In this document: positions 46,918 to 56,197 of the stretch, piece by piece
Layout of the letters: the number at the start of each line of letters is the position of its first letter
How positions within the stretch are numbered: the first letter of the stretch is position 1
DNA from: an uncultured Planctomycetales bacterium
Lineage (GTDB): Bacteria; Omnitrophota; Gorgyraeia; Zapsychrales; JAHFFX01
Length of the DNA stretch: 64,000 nucleotides
Assembly: GCA_964612665.1 (NCBI GenBank)
Contig: CAZTCI010000002.1
Location: 211,659 to 275,658 of the forward strand
Direction: 5' to 3'
Notes under the pieces: generated by a model
What the model was told of the DNA's origin: nothing
What the model saw: the letters and a program-made list of their open reading frames with translations, nothing else
Database searches by the model: none
Made by a program: the position numbers and the translations under genes

Positions 46918-48996
46918 ATGGTCATGAACGAATTTTCTCGTGTCTTTAATAAATTTGCTATCCTGAAAAAGATCCCCATCTTTTCTCACCTGACGTGGTT
47001 TGAACTGCACACCATCGCCAAGAAAAGTGAATTGGTTGATTATGGAAAAGGTGACATGATCCTTAAGGAAGGGTCAGCGCCTGATGCCTTTTATTGTCTT
47101 ATCTCCGGCCGAGTGCAGGCCTACGGCACCAGCGTAACCGGGCATAAAGAAAATTTGGAATTTATTTTACAGGGAACGCCGTTTGGAATTGCGTCACTTT
47201 TTACCGGGGACAATCATAGTTTGAATTTTGAAGCGCTCAATGATTCGGTGGTTTTACGAATCCCCAAAGAAGATTTTACCGCGATTTTAAAAAGCATCCC
47301 GCATTTAGGCATTGAATTCAGCCATACGCTTTCTCGTCGGATCCAGCAGCGCGCGATTCATAAACGGCATGACGTTGAGAACATGATTATTTCGATTTAT
47401 AGTCCCGTTAAAGGATCTGGAAGTTCAACGTATGCGATGAATTTGGCATTAAGCTTAGAAAAAGAAACGAACAGTAAAGTTCTTTTAGTCAACATCAGTT
47501 CAAATTTAAAACCAGAAGAACCTTTGCCATCGGCAACAAGTGAAGCTTCACCGCAGTGGAAAAAAACGCCGGTTAAATTGCGGACAATTGTCGATGATCA
47601 TCAAAAAATTTTGGCTCAGATTTCGTACGGTGATCGGAATTTAGATTTGCTGCAAGTTGTTTTTGATGCTGATGACCAACTTATTTTCAAGCAGATCAGC
47701 CAATTTGTGAGCACTTTAGTTCATGATTACCATTATGTGATCGCCGATTTGCCGAACGATATGGATGATGTGGTTTTGCAGACATTGACGCAGTCGGATC
47801 TTGTTCATCTCGTTTCACAAAACCGACGGGAAGATTTAAAGCTTGCCCGTTTGGTTATTGATGATTTGGGCCGCCGTTTAAAGGACCGTTTTTCGGTGGA
47901 AAAAGTTCAAGTTATTATTAGTGCCATGCATCCGCCGCAAAGCATTTCGCCACAGGAAATCAACGAAGTCCTCAATTACAATGTTGCGACCGTTTTACCG
48001 ATTATGAACCGTGATGAATTGACCAAAACCATTATTGCTCACAGTATGACAGTCATGGTTCCTGATATATCAAGTCAATATGCGAAAGTTGTGCGCCGGA
48101 TCGCGCGTAAAATTGGCGGTGTCATGGTCGGCTTGGTTTTGGGCGGAGGGGCAGCGCTGGGTATTGCGCACGTCGGAGTCATTCGGGTTTTAGAAAAGGA
48201 AGGAATTCCAGTTGATGTCGTTGTCGGCAGCAGTATGGGAGCGCTTATTGCCAGTCTGTGGGTGGTCGGAAATAAAGCCGATCAGCTGGAAACAATCGCC
48301 CGGGAATTTGAAAACAAAGTCGGGATGCTAAAATTGTTCGACCCGGTTTTTCCGCGATCGGGTTTTATCGGCGGGCGTTTGATTAAACTTTGGTTAAGAA
48401 AACATCTAGGTGATAAAACGTTTTATGACGCGCAGATTCCCACTAAGATTGTGAGTTATGATTTAATCCGACGGGAAGAACAGATTTTAGAAGAAGGCAG
48501 TTTGGTTGAAGCGGTCCGGGAAAGTATCGCGATTCCCGGCGTCATTGAACCGGTTTTCCGTGACGGGAAAATGATCATTGACGGCGGTGTTTTGAATCCT
48601 TTACCCGTCAATGTTCTGCGGGATATGGGGATTCATCGAATTATTGCGGTCAACGTATTGCAGTCTCCGACGGACGTTTCTAAGGGCTACGAACTTGAAC
48701 AAAAGCAGATGCAGGACCAAGCCCTGGTTCCGTTTTTTGATGATCCGATGCGTTACTTAGGATGGCGGATTAAGAAAAAGTTGTACGTTAATATTCCAGA
48801 CATCATCATCCGGACCCTTCAAGCTTCCGAATATGTTATCGCGGATAAAAGCGCAAGTGCCGCGGATGTTCTTATCCATCCAGATTTAGTCGGCATTAAT
48901 TGGTTCGAGCTTTATGAGGTAGATAAATTGATTAAAAGCGGGGAAGAGGCCACGCGTAAACAATTGGCCGCCATTAAAAAACTGGTCGGCGTTTAA
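46918..48996 (+). CDS. Tri-domain protein: N-terminal cyclic-nucleotide-binding (CAP/cNMP) domain, central degenerate MinD/ParA/CpaE(TadZ)-like P-loop domain, and C-terminal patatin-like phospholipase (NTE/RssA-like)
   Basis: The cNMP-binding beta-roll is residues 25-140. The central segment ISIYSPVKGSGSSTYAMNLA...VIADLP resembles a deviant Walker A with the GK[ST] lysine lost. The patatin motifs GGGAALGIAHVGV, GSSMG (GxSxG) and DGGVLNPLPV (DGG) are present. Confidence 0.7.
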   Translation: MVMNEFSRVFNKFAILKKIPIFSHLTWFELHTIAKKSELVDYGKGDMILKEGSAPDAFYCLISGRVQAYGTSVTGHKENLEFILQGTPFGIASLFTGDNHSLNFEALNDSVVLRIPKEDFTAILKSIPHLGIEFSHTLSRRIQQRAIHKRHDVENMIISIYSPVKGSGSSTYAMNLALSLEKETNSKVLLVNISSNLKPEEPLPSATSEASPQWKKTPVKLRTIVDDHQKILAQISYGDRNLDLLQVVFDADDQLIFKQISQFVSTLVHDYHYVIADLPNDMDDVVLQTLTQSDLVHLVSQNRREDLKLARLVIDDLGRRLKDRFSVEKVQVIISAMHPPQSISPQEINEVLNYNVATVLPIMNRDELTKTIIAHSMTVMVPDISSQYAKVVRRIARKIGGVMVGLVLGGGAALGIAHVGVIRVLEKEGIPVDVVVGSSMGALIASLWVVGNKADQLETIAREFENKVGMLKLFDPVFPRSGFIGGRLIKLWLRKHLGDKTFYDAQIPTKIVSYDLIRREEQILEEGSLVEAVRESIAIPGVIEPVFRDGKMIIDGGVLNPLPVNVLRDMGIHRIIAVNVLQSPTDVSKGYELEQKQMQDQALVPFFDDPMRYLGWRIKKKLYVNIPDIIIRTLQASEYVIADKSASAADVLIHPDLVGINWFELYEVDKLIKSGEEATRKQLAAIKKLVGV

Positions 48997-49012
48997 ATTT
49001 TTTTAAAAATAA

Positions 49013-49031
49013 ATTGCAACTTAGTTGCATT
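49013..49031. promoter_or_regulatory. 19-bp dyad ATTGCAACT-t-AGTTGCATT, a candidate operator upstream of the Fur-family gene
   Basis: Eight of nine positions in each half-site match as an inverted repeat. The dyad is centred about 27 nt upstream of the fur-family ATG. Confidence 0.45.
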
Positions 49032-49048
49032 GTGTTATATTAACACCC

Positions 49049-49486
49049 ATGAAAGATAAATGCGATATTCGGGAAATTTTACAGCACAAAGGTGTTGAGC
49101 CAACTGCTCATCGTTTAAAAGTTTTACGCGTGATTAGTGATACCGATAAAGCGCTTATGCCTAAAGATATTCTAAAAAAATTAAGGCATGCGTCGGACTT
49201 TGATAAAGTGACGCTTTACCGTATTTTAGATTTGTTTGTTGCGAAAAAAATTTTGCGGCGATTAACCAGCGTCGATGGCAATAGTTGTTATGAAATTATC
49301 TGCCAAGAACACAATCCTACACACGCGCATTTTATCTGCCGCTGTTGCGGCGTTATGAAGTGTCTTGAAGGTATTGACCTCGGACAGTTACAATCGACGA
49401 TTAAACGTCAAATTAAATTAAAACACGAAACGTTGGATTTAAAACTGGAAGGCCTGTGCGCCGCGTGCGAAAAAGGAGAGGCATGA
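49049..49486 (+). CDS. Fur-family transcriptional regulator. Whether it is Fur, Zur, PerR or Nur is not resolved.
   Basis: A winged-helix N-terminus is followed by HNPTHAHFIC and two CxxC pairs (CRCCG, CAAC). The start is reassigned to the ATG at 49049. Confidence 0.75.
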   Translation: MKDKCDIREILQHKGVEPTAHRLKVLRVISDTDKALMPKDILKKLRHASDFDKVTLYRILDLFVAKKILRRLTSVDGNSCYEIICQEHNPTHAHFICRCCGVMKCLEGIDLGQLQSTIKRQIKLKHETLDLKLEGLCAACEKGEA

Positions 49487-50187
49487 AAAAAAAAGAAATA
49501 CGGTCACCATCAAAAGTGGATTACATCTTGGTTGAACTTGGTCATCATCTGCCGTATACGATCTTCGGCGTCAGCATGGGGCTGATGCTGGTCAGCATTT
49601 TAAGTTTTTTTGTGACGGTCATGCAGGCTGAGAAATATTTACCGCACGCGGCTTTCGAATTGTTTCATACATCGCATGCCAGCCATATTCTTTTTAGCGC
49701 GGTCACGACAACGGCCATGTTTTGGAAACATGAAAAAAGAATTTTAAAAGCAGTGATCATTGGAACTGCTGGATCGATTGGTATTTGTGCATTAAGCGAT
49801 TCGGTTTTTCCGTCGATCGGCGGCAAATTATTCGGCCTTCATATGCCGCTGCATATCTGCATCATTGAACATCCTAATATCGTTTTGCCTTTCGCTATTT
49901 TTGGTGTGATCGCGGGTTTTTTAATTCCAGGGTCGATTGAGAAGTCCACACAGTATTCTCATTCTATTCATGTTTTGTTTAGCAGTATTTCCGCGATTTT
50001 GTATCTATTGTCATTTGGACTTGAAGATTGGATCCATTCGCTCGGCGGGATTTTTATTATTGCGGTTGTGTCGGTCATGATTCCCTGTTGTTTAAGCGGG
50101 ATTGTGTTTCCACTTTTTTGCGTTCACCGCGGCTGCGCGCATGGGGATGCTTTGAAATGTGAACATGAAAGTGAAGTGAAAGTTTAA
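49483..50187 (+). CDS. His/Cys-rich polytopic membrane protein of unknown family, a putative metal permease
   Basis: There are about six TM helices. The motifs HxxHxxH (HTSHASH) and HICIIEH are present, and the C-terminus is Cys/His-rich (CCLSG...CVHRGCAHGD..KCEHE). The ATGA overlap with the Fur-family gene gives translational coupling. Confidence 0.45.
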   Translation: MKKKEIRSPSKVDYILVELGHHLPYTIFGVSMGLMLVSILSFFVTVMQAEKYLPHAAFELFHTSHASHILFSAVTTTAMFWKHEKRILKAVIIGTAGSIGICALSDSVFPSIGGKLFGLHMPLHICIIEHPNIVLPFAIFGVIAGFLIPGSIEKSTQYSHSIHVLFSSISAILYLLSFGLEDWIHSLGGIFIIAVVSVMIPCCLSGIVFPLFCVHRGCAHGDALKCEHESEVKV

Positions 50188-50200
50188 CGTCGTTTGGACT

Positions 50201-51862
50201 CTAACGTTGAGCTTCGGCGAGCATGGTTTTGGCGTGGGTTAAAGCGATTGAACTTTCTTTTTCACCACTCATCATTTTGGCTAATTCCTCGACGCGGGCT
50301 TTGGAATCAAGAGATGTGACTTTTGTGACGGCCCGGCCTTTTTCAACGTCTTTGGTGACTTTAAAGTGTTGATGGCCAAAAGAAGCGATCTGCGGTAAAT
50401 GTGTAATTAAAATAACCTGACGGTTTCGCGAAATCTCTTTTAACTTAGTCCCCGTTATAGTCCCCAGCCGCCCGCCAATTTGCGCGTCGATCTCATCAAA
50501 AATCAAAACCGGAATAGGATCAACCTTTATCAAAGCTTTTTTAAGAGCGAGCATTAAGCGCGCCGCCTCGCCGGAGGAAACAATTTGGGACAATGGTTTT
50601 AATGATTCGCCAGCGTTAGGGCTTATATAAAAGGTGACTTTATCCTGACCGTTAGCTCCAAGGTCCGTCGGCTCAACACGGCTTTCAAATTGAACATGCG
50701 CGATACCTAGCTCGGTTAATTCTTTTTCAATTGTTTTCTTGAGCGCTTGAGAAGTTTTTTGGCGCTCCTTGGTCATTTTTTGAGCAACGTCGCGTAATTT
50801 TTTTTCTTGAGTCTCTAATTTTTTAATAAGGGCGGTGTTGTTTTCTTCGAAATTTTTAAGAAGCTCCAGGTGGATTTTTGATTCTTCAAAAAATTGTTTA
50901 GCCTCGTCAAGTGTCGGACCGTATTTGCGTTTAATGTCTTCATATACATCGTAACGCCGGTTGATTTCTTTGGCTTCGCCTGGTTCGAAGGAAAGTTTTT
51001 GCGCATAATCGTTTAGTTCTGACATCAGATGTCTGGTATTTTCTTGAATGGCGTTAAGGTAATCATGCCATCCAGCGGTTTTATCATCAATTTGATTTAA
51101 ACCGCGTAAAGGAGGGAAGGCTTGGCGGATGCGTTCGCTTAACCCTTGCTCATCATCCACAATCTGTAAAATCTGGTTGATGTAAGTATGGAGTTTTTCG
51201 GCGTTGTTTAAGCGGATTTGTTCTTGTTTAATTTCGTCGTAGGCTGATTCTTCTAAAGCAACTTCTTTAAGTTCATTGACTTGATGTTCCAGTAAATCTA
51301 AATCGCGCTGGCGGGACTGGCCGAGCTCTTGAAGTTCGTTGAGTTGTTTTTTGAGGTCGCGGTATTGAGTATATAAAGAATCATATTGGGTTTTAAATTC
51401 AGTGAGTGAAGAAAGTTTGTCAACAATATCCAAATGATATTCATCGGCAAAAAGCAGTTGATGATCATGGGCGCCGTGAAAATCAATCAGGTGATTGCCG
51501 ATTTCTTTAAGCTGGGTCAGCGTGATAAAGAAACCGTTGATTTTAATTTTGCTTTTACCGTCGGGTAAGTGAGTGCGGTGGATAATGAGCTGCGATTCAT
51601 CGACGGGCAGAAATTCGCCCACGATCTCTCGCAGGCGAATTTCTGCCCGCGCTAATTCGAAAACCACTTCCACCACGCAAGGAAGCTCAGGATTACGGAT
51701 TTGCGAACTGCTCAAGCGTTCCCCTAAAACATAACGCAAAGCATCAATCACAATTGATTTCCCCGCACCTGTTTCGCCAGTCAAAACGTTTAAGTGAGGA
51801 CCAAACTCAATGGAAAGTTTGTCAATAAGACTAAAATTTTGGATGGTTAAGTTGGTGAGCAT
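50201..51862 (-). CDS. recN: DNA repair protein RecN
   Basis: The 553-aa product has the N-terminal Walker A GETGAGKS, a long coiled coil and C-terminal SMC-like signature/Walker B. Confidence 0.9.
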   Translation of the reverse strand: MLTNLTIQNFSLIDKLSIEFGPHLNVLTGETGAGKSIVIDALRYVLGERLSSSQIRNPELPCVVEVVFELARAEIRLREIVGEFLPVDESQLIIHRTHLPDGKSKIKINGFFITLTQLKEIGNHLIDFHGAHDHQLLFADEYHLDIVDKLSSLTEFKTQYDSLYTQYRDLKKQLNELQELGQSRQRDLDLLEHQVNELKEVALEESAYDEIKQEQIRLNNAEKLHTYINQILQIVDDEQGLSERIRQAFPPLRGLNQIDDKTAGWHDYLNAIQENTRHLMSELNDYAQKLSFEPGEAKEINRRYDVYEDIKRKYGPTLDEAKQFFEESKIHLELLKNFEENNTALIKKLETQEKKLRDVAQKMTKERQKTSQALKKTIEKELTELGIAHVQFESRVEPTDLGANGQDKVTFYISPNAGESLKPLSQIVSSGEAARLMLALKKALIKVDPIPVLIFDEIDAQIGGRLGTITGTKLKEISRNRQVILITHLPQIASFGHQHFKVTKDVEKGRAVTKVTSLDSKARVEELAKMMSGEKESSIALTHAKTMLAEAQR

Positions 51863-51919
51863 AAAAATTAATTTTAGAAGTTAAGGAGAGAATTTTATTG
51901 TTTTGTTTTTTCGAAGCTC

Positions 51920-51935
51920 CTGTATGAAAATACAG
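51920..51935. promoter_or_regulatory. LexA/SOS-box-like palindrome CTGTATGAAAATACAG in the recN promoter region
   Basis: It matches the CTGT-N8-ACAG consensus (E. coli-type box TACTGTATATATATACAGTA) and lies 58-73 nt upstream of the recN start, between tRNA-Ala and recN. Confidence 0.5.
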
Positions 51936-51947
51936 GAGCGAAAAAAA

Positions 51948-52021
51948 TGGACCGAGGGGGGATCGAACCCCCGACCTCCTGCTTGCGGAGCAGGCGCTCT
52001 CCCAAACTGAGCTATCGGCCC
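51948..52021 (-). tRNA. tRNA-Ala (anticodon CGC)
   Basis: A cloverleaf was folded by eye on the minus strand. The acceptor is GGGCCGA with the Ala identity pair G3:U70, the anticodon loop TCCGCAA gives CGC, and the T-loop is TTCGATC. Confidence 0.8.
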
Positions 52022-52197
52022 AATATCAAAAAAATAATTGGTGTTTATATTATCAAAACAAGTCTTTTCTCACAAGAATTTATTCCTTTCTGATGTCAGG
52101 AATCTGGTCAATAATTTCCAATATTTCCTAGTACTTCACGTTAGAACTGTCTATAATTTCTGGTCAGAAGTTAAATAATATTAATCAGTCTCTTCAT

Positions 52198-52947
52198 TTG
52201 CCCATGCACCGTTTTTATTTACCCGAAACTCATTTAGAAAATTCCAATTTACTTGAAATCCTTTCGCCCACCGAAATTCACCACGTTAAAAACGTTCTGC
52301 GATTAAAAATAAACGATCAAATTGTTATTTTCACCGGAAAAGGGAAAGAAGCTGTTGCTAATATTGTGGAGATCACCGCCCAAAGAATTAAGGTACGTGT
52401 CGATTATGTTCTGCCGGCAGCGGTTTCCAAAAAAACAGCGATCATTCTCGCTTGCGCTATTCCTAAAAAATCGAAGTTTGAATTTATTATTGAGAAATGT
52501 ACGGAACTCGACGTAGATGAGATTCATCCGGTCTTAACTGAACGCACGATTGTTAGGTTAAGTGAAAGAAATAATCAAAAAAAAGGTCGTTATCAAACGA
52601 TTGCTATTAACGCGGCCAAACAATCCCATCGCATTATCATGCCGGTTATTCATCCGATTGTTGATTTTAGGCAATTTATTCAAACTTTAACGCTGCAAAG
52701 ATCCGACGCCGCTTTTATTCCGACTTTGATCGGCGAACGCAAATCCTTACGTGAAGCCTTAACGTTACTAAGCCACCCCAAGAAAATAATTTTCTTTATC
52801 GGTCCTGAAGGGGACTTTACACCGATGGAATTGAACTCAGCGGTTAACAAAGGATTTTTACCAGTTTCCCTTGGCCCAACTGTTTTAAAAGTTGACACGG
52901 CGGCCATAAGTGCCGTGGCGTTGGCTAATTTATACTTTAATGATTAA
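52198..52947 (+). CDS. rsmE: 16S rRNA (uracil1498-N3)-methyltransferase RsmE
   Basis: An N-terminal PUA-like region is followed by the SPOUT C-terminal motif FFIGPEGDFTPMEL. Confidence 0.8.
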   Translation: MPMHRFYLPETHLENSNLLEILSPTEIHHVKNVLRLKINDQIVIFTGKGKEAVANIVEITAQRIKVRVDYVLPAAVSKKTAIILACAIPKKSKFEFIIEKCTELDVDEIHPVLTERTIVRLSERNNQKKGRYQTIAINAAKQSHRIIMPVIHPIVDFRQFIQTLTLQRSDAAFIPTLIGERKSLREALTLLSHPKKIIFFIGPEGDFTPMELNSAVNKGFLPVSLGPTVLKVDTAAISAVALANLYFND

Positions 52948-54757
52948 TTTTTCTCAAAAATTTTCCAGTGAATGCCGTTTTTCGTTAAGACTTTTTTTAA
53001 CGGCCTTAATTCTGCGTTTGGTATTTGTTGTTTATCTGCAAGGTCATTATTTTTTCTACGATTATCCCGGAAGCGATGTTTTTTATTATCAAAACTGGGC
53101 GGATCGGATTTTAGCTCATGATCCGTCGACACGCGAAGTATTCTGGGGCCTGCCCTTATTTCCTTACTTTTTAGCTGTCCTTAAAACGTTCACCTTTAAT
53201 TGCTCACCTTTGATTCATTTATTTAATTTAACGCTCGGGTCTTTCAACTGTGTTTTGGTTTATAAGGTTGGCCTTAAAATTTTTAAGGATCATCCTGTTA
53301 TCGCGAAGATGGCTGGCATTTTAACGGCCACGAATTTTATTCTGATCCATTATGACTGGCTCATGATGCCGGTGACGTTGCTTATCACTTTAACGTTGCT
53401 CATTGTTTATGTTTTATTGGAGATAGAAGAGAAGCCGCTTAAGGAATGGTTTTATTTAGGATTGTTGATCGGGCTGACGATTTTGGGCGATGGGAAGTTT
53501 ATGTTTTTCTTTGCTTTGATTGCGCTCTATTTTATTTTTAAAGAACGATCGCAACTAGAAAGCATTTTTAAAAGGGTTGGCTGTTTATGTATTGGTGTAG
53601 CGTTAATCGTTGGAGGTGTGGCCTTGCGAAACCGCATCGTGGGCGGTGACTGGATTCTTATCAGCGCGCAAAATGGATTGAGCTTTTATGTTGGGAACAA
53701 TCCGCAAGCCACCGGAATTTTTAGCGTACCATCATTTATCCGGCCGACGCATGAAGGACAAGACATTGATCAACGTTTAATTGCCGAAGGCGTTTTGAAA
53801 CGCCATTTAAAGCCGTCGGAGGTTACCCAATTTTGGCAGCAGAGAGGCTGGCAGTTTATCAAAAATTCGCCAGCGCAATATCTACAGCTGCTTAAAAATA
53901 AATTGATCGCCTTTTTTAAAGACAACGAAAACGCTTATGATCCGGACTTATTATTTCAGCGAAACCTTAAAAAATTCTTAAACTTTAACCCGTTATGGAT
54001 GATGCTTCCATTAGCGATTATTGGATTAATTGTAAGTTTGTGCAGGAAACCAAAAGTTTTTCTTTTGTTGTTTTTGATCATCAGCCAATTAATAATCACT
54101 TTAATTTTTTTCTTGACCGACCGGCATCGCGCGACGTTGATTCCGTTTTTTATCCTATTAGAAGCATCCAGTCTTTATTGGCTTTGGCGAAAAATTATTC
54201 AGCATCAATACGTAAAAACCATTGGGGTTCTTTTCTTCGTCTGTATTTTTTATGTCATCTTCAAACCTGAAGAGCTTCCCGCCGAGGATGTGCGAGCCAT
54301 TTGGTTGGCCAAGGCCGGGCCGGTTTTTGAAAAACAAAACAAGCTAAGGGAAGCGCGCAGCGCTTATGAACAGCTTCTTCAAAAAAATCCTAACGACGCG
54401 GATGCGCTTTATAATTTGGGGAATGTTGATTTTAAAGAAGGGAATTTTGAAAAGGCGGTTGTTCAGTACGAACACGTCATGAGTTTAGCGCCGTATTATT
54501 GCGATGCGCTATTCAATATGGCTTTGGCGTATGAAAAATTGGAAAAAAAGGAGAAAGCGGTTGAGCTATTCCAAAAGGTCAACCAGCTTCAACCCGCCAG
54601 TGACGCTTACTTTCATTTGGCCCAAATTCACCAAGCGCAAAATAATTGCGTTTTGGCGTTTGAAGAGTATCAAAAATCTATCAAATTAAATCCCAATCTT
54701 CAGAAAAAATTAATCCCTTTCATTGATGAGTGCCATTCCAGCCACAGTTCGCAATAA
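52940..54757 (+). CDS. Polytopic GT-C/PMT_2-like membrane protein with C-terminal TPR repeats. The start is reassigned to the ATG at 52940.
   Basis: About 11 TM helices with a PMT_2/ArnT-like N-terminal region are followed by three to four TPR motifs (AYEQLLQKNPNDADALYNLGNV...). Confidence 0.55.
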   Translation: MINFSQKFSSECRFSLRLFLTALILRLVFVVYLQGHYFFYDYPGSDVFYYQNWADRILAHDPSTREVFWGLPLFPYFLAVLKTFTFNCSPLIHLFNLTLGSFNCVLVYKVGLKIFKDHPVIAKMAGILTATNFILIHYDWLMMPVTLLITLTLLIVYVLLEIEEKPLKEWFYLGLLIGLTILGDGKFMFFFALIALYFIFKERSQLESIFKRVGCLCIGVALIVGGVALRNRIVGGDWILISAQNGLSFYVGNNPQATGIFSVPSFIRPTHEGQDIDQRLIAEGVLKRHLKPSEVTQFWQQRGWQFIKNSPAQYLQLLKNKLIAFFKDNENAYDPDLLFQRNLKKFLNFNPLWMMLPLAIIGLIVSLCRKPKVFLLLFLIISQLIITLIFFLTDRHRATLIPFFILLEASSLYWLWRKIIQHQYVKTIGVLFFVCIFYVIFKPEELPAEDVRAIWLAKAGPVFEKQNKLREARSAYEQLLQKNPNDADALYNLGNVDFKEGNFEKAVVQYEHVMSLAPYYCDALFNMALAYEKLEKKEKAVELFQKVNQLQPASDAYFHLAQIHQAQNNCVLAFEEYQKSIKLNPNLQKKLIPFIDECHSSHSSQ

Positions 54758-54846
54758 ATTTGCTTCTTTTCCGGTATTTTAGTTTTGTTTCTTTTATAAG
54801 ATTTTAATTGTCAACGATTTAGCTTGGTAATCGTCGGGATTATGCA

Positions 54847-54875
54847 TTGACAATAAAAATATCCTCGTGTATAAT
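54847..54875 (+). promoter_or_regulatory. Consensus sigma70 promoter upstream of recA (TTGACA-17-TATAAT)
   Basis: Exact TTGACA at 54847-52 and exact TATAAT at 54870-75 flank a 17-nt spacer. The promoter lies about 140 nt upstream of the recA ATG. Confidence 0.6.
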
Positions 54876-55015
54876 TTGGGCCTTCAAATCAGGATAACGC
54901 AGGCGCATTATCCGCCGGAGGGAATACAAATTGACTTGGCTTTGTCTTATAATATAGGAGAAAAGAGCGCATAGTCTTTTTCCACATGAAGCCAGTAAAA
55001 AGGAAGGAAAGAATC

Positions 55016-56092
55016 ATGGTTGAACCAAAAAAAACAGCAGAGATCGACCTCAAAAAGAAAGTCAATGAAACATCATCTCCGGATCTTAAAAAGACTCAAG
55101 AAAACGATAACAAACGTAAAGCCCTCGAGCTCGCCTTGTCCCAAATTGAAAAACAATTCGGCAAAGGATCAATTATGAAGCTTGATAGCAATACCGCCGT
55201 GAATATCGAAGCTATCCCAAGCGGATCAGTCGCATTAGATATTGCTTTAGGCATTGGCGGTGTTCCCCGCGGGCGGATCGTTGAAATCTATGGTCCAGAA
55301 TCCTCCGGTAAAACAACTCTCACCTTAAGTATCATCACTCAAATCCAAAAATTAGGCGGCGTCGCTGCATTTATCGACGCTGAACACGCCTTTGATTCCA
55401 ATTACGCCAAAAAAGTCGGCGTTAAATTAGACGAACTTCTTGTGTCCCAACCTGACACCGGCGAACAAGCGTTAGAAATTGCGGAAACGCTGGTGAGATC
55501 CAACGCCGTTGATCTCGTTGTCATCGACTCCGTCGCTGCGTTAACGCCCCGGGCCGAAATCGAAGGCGAAATGGGTGATGCGCATATGGGATTACAAGCC
55601 CGTCTGATGTCGCAAGCCTTACGCAAATTAACCGGTGCCATCAGCAAATCTAAAACCTGTGTCATTTTTATCAATCAAGTCCGTATGAAAATCGGTGTCA
55701 TGTTTGGCAATCCAGAAACCACAACCGGCGGACGGGCCTTAAAGTTTTATGCCTCGGTGCGTATTGACCTGCGTAAAACAGAATCGATCAAGCTCGGCGA
55801 AGAAGTGATCGGCAGCCGGGTCAAAGCTAAAATTGTAAAAAATAAAGTCGCTGCGCCGTTTCGTGAAGCGGAGTTTGAAATTTTATTTAAAGAAGGCATT
55901 TCACACATCAGCGACATTCTCGATATGGGTGTTCAAACAGAAATCCTGCAAAAATCCGGTGCCTGGCTTTCATTCGAAAACGAAAAGATCGGCCAAGGCC
56001 GCGAAAGTGCCAGAAAATATTTAGAAGATAATCCCAAAATTCTCGGCAAGATCGAAAAGCAAATTCTTGAAAAGATGGGTGTCAAACGTTAA
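55016..56092 (+). CDS. recA: Recombinase RecA, with an N-terminal extension of about 30 aa
   Basis: The motifs [19 protein letters not shown] and Walker [10 protein letters not shown] are present, along with the L1/L2 loops. An AGGAAGGA RBS supports the ATG at 55016; the ATG at 54986 is an alternative. Confidence 0.9.
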   Translation: MVEPKKTAEIDLKKKVNETSSPDLKKTQENDNKRKALELALSQIEKQFGKGSIMKLDSNTAVNIEAIPSGSVALDIALGIGGVPRGRIVEIYGPESSGKTTLTLSIITQIQKLGGVAAFIDAEHAFDSNYAKKVGVKLDELLVSQPDTGEQALEIAETLVRSNAVDLVVIDSVAALTPRAEIEGEMGDAHMGLQARLMSQALRKLTGAISKSKTCVIFINQVRMKIGVMFGNPETTTGGRALKFYASVRIDLRKTESIKLGEEVIGSRVKAKIVKNKVAAPFREAEFEILFKEGISHISDILDMGVQTEILQKSGAWLSFENEKIGQGRESARKYLEDNPKILGKIEKQILEKMGVKR

Positions 56093-56107
56093 CAACGCCC
56101 TTGGAGA

Positions 56108-56152
56108 TAAATTACTCAATTGAGCGGCAACATCGCGTTCAATTGAGTAATT
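56108..56152. repeat. Perfect 15-bp inverted repeat downstream of recA
   Basis: The arms aaattactcaattga and tcaattgagtaattt are separated by a 15-nt loop. No T-run follows. Confidence 0.5.
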
Positions 56153-56197
56153 TACTTCTAAAGACGTTTGCATAAAAAATGAAGAAAGGAAGACAAT

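Noticed and set aside
51911-51947. Hairpin gctcctgtat...atacaggagc as an intrinsic terminator for tRNA-Ala or recN
   Set aside because: No U-run follows the stem on either transcribed strand. The sequence matches a CTGT-N8-ACAG SOS box in the recN promoter instead.
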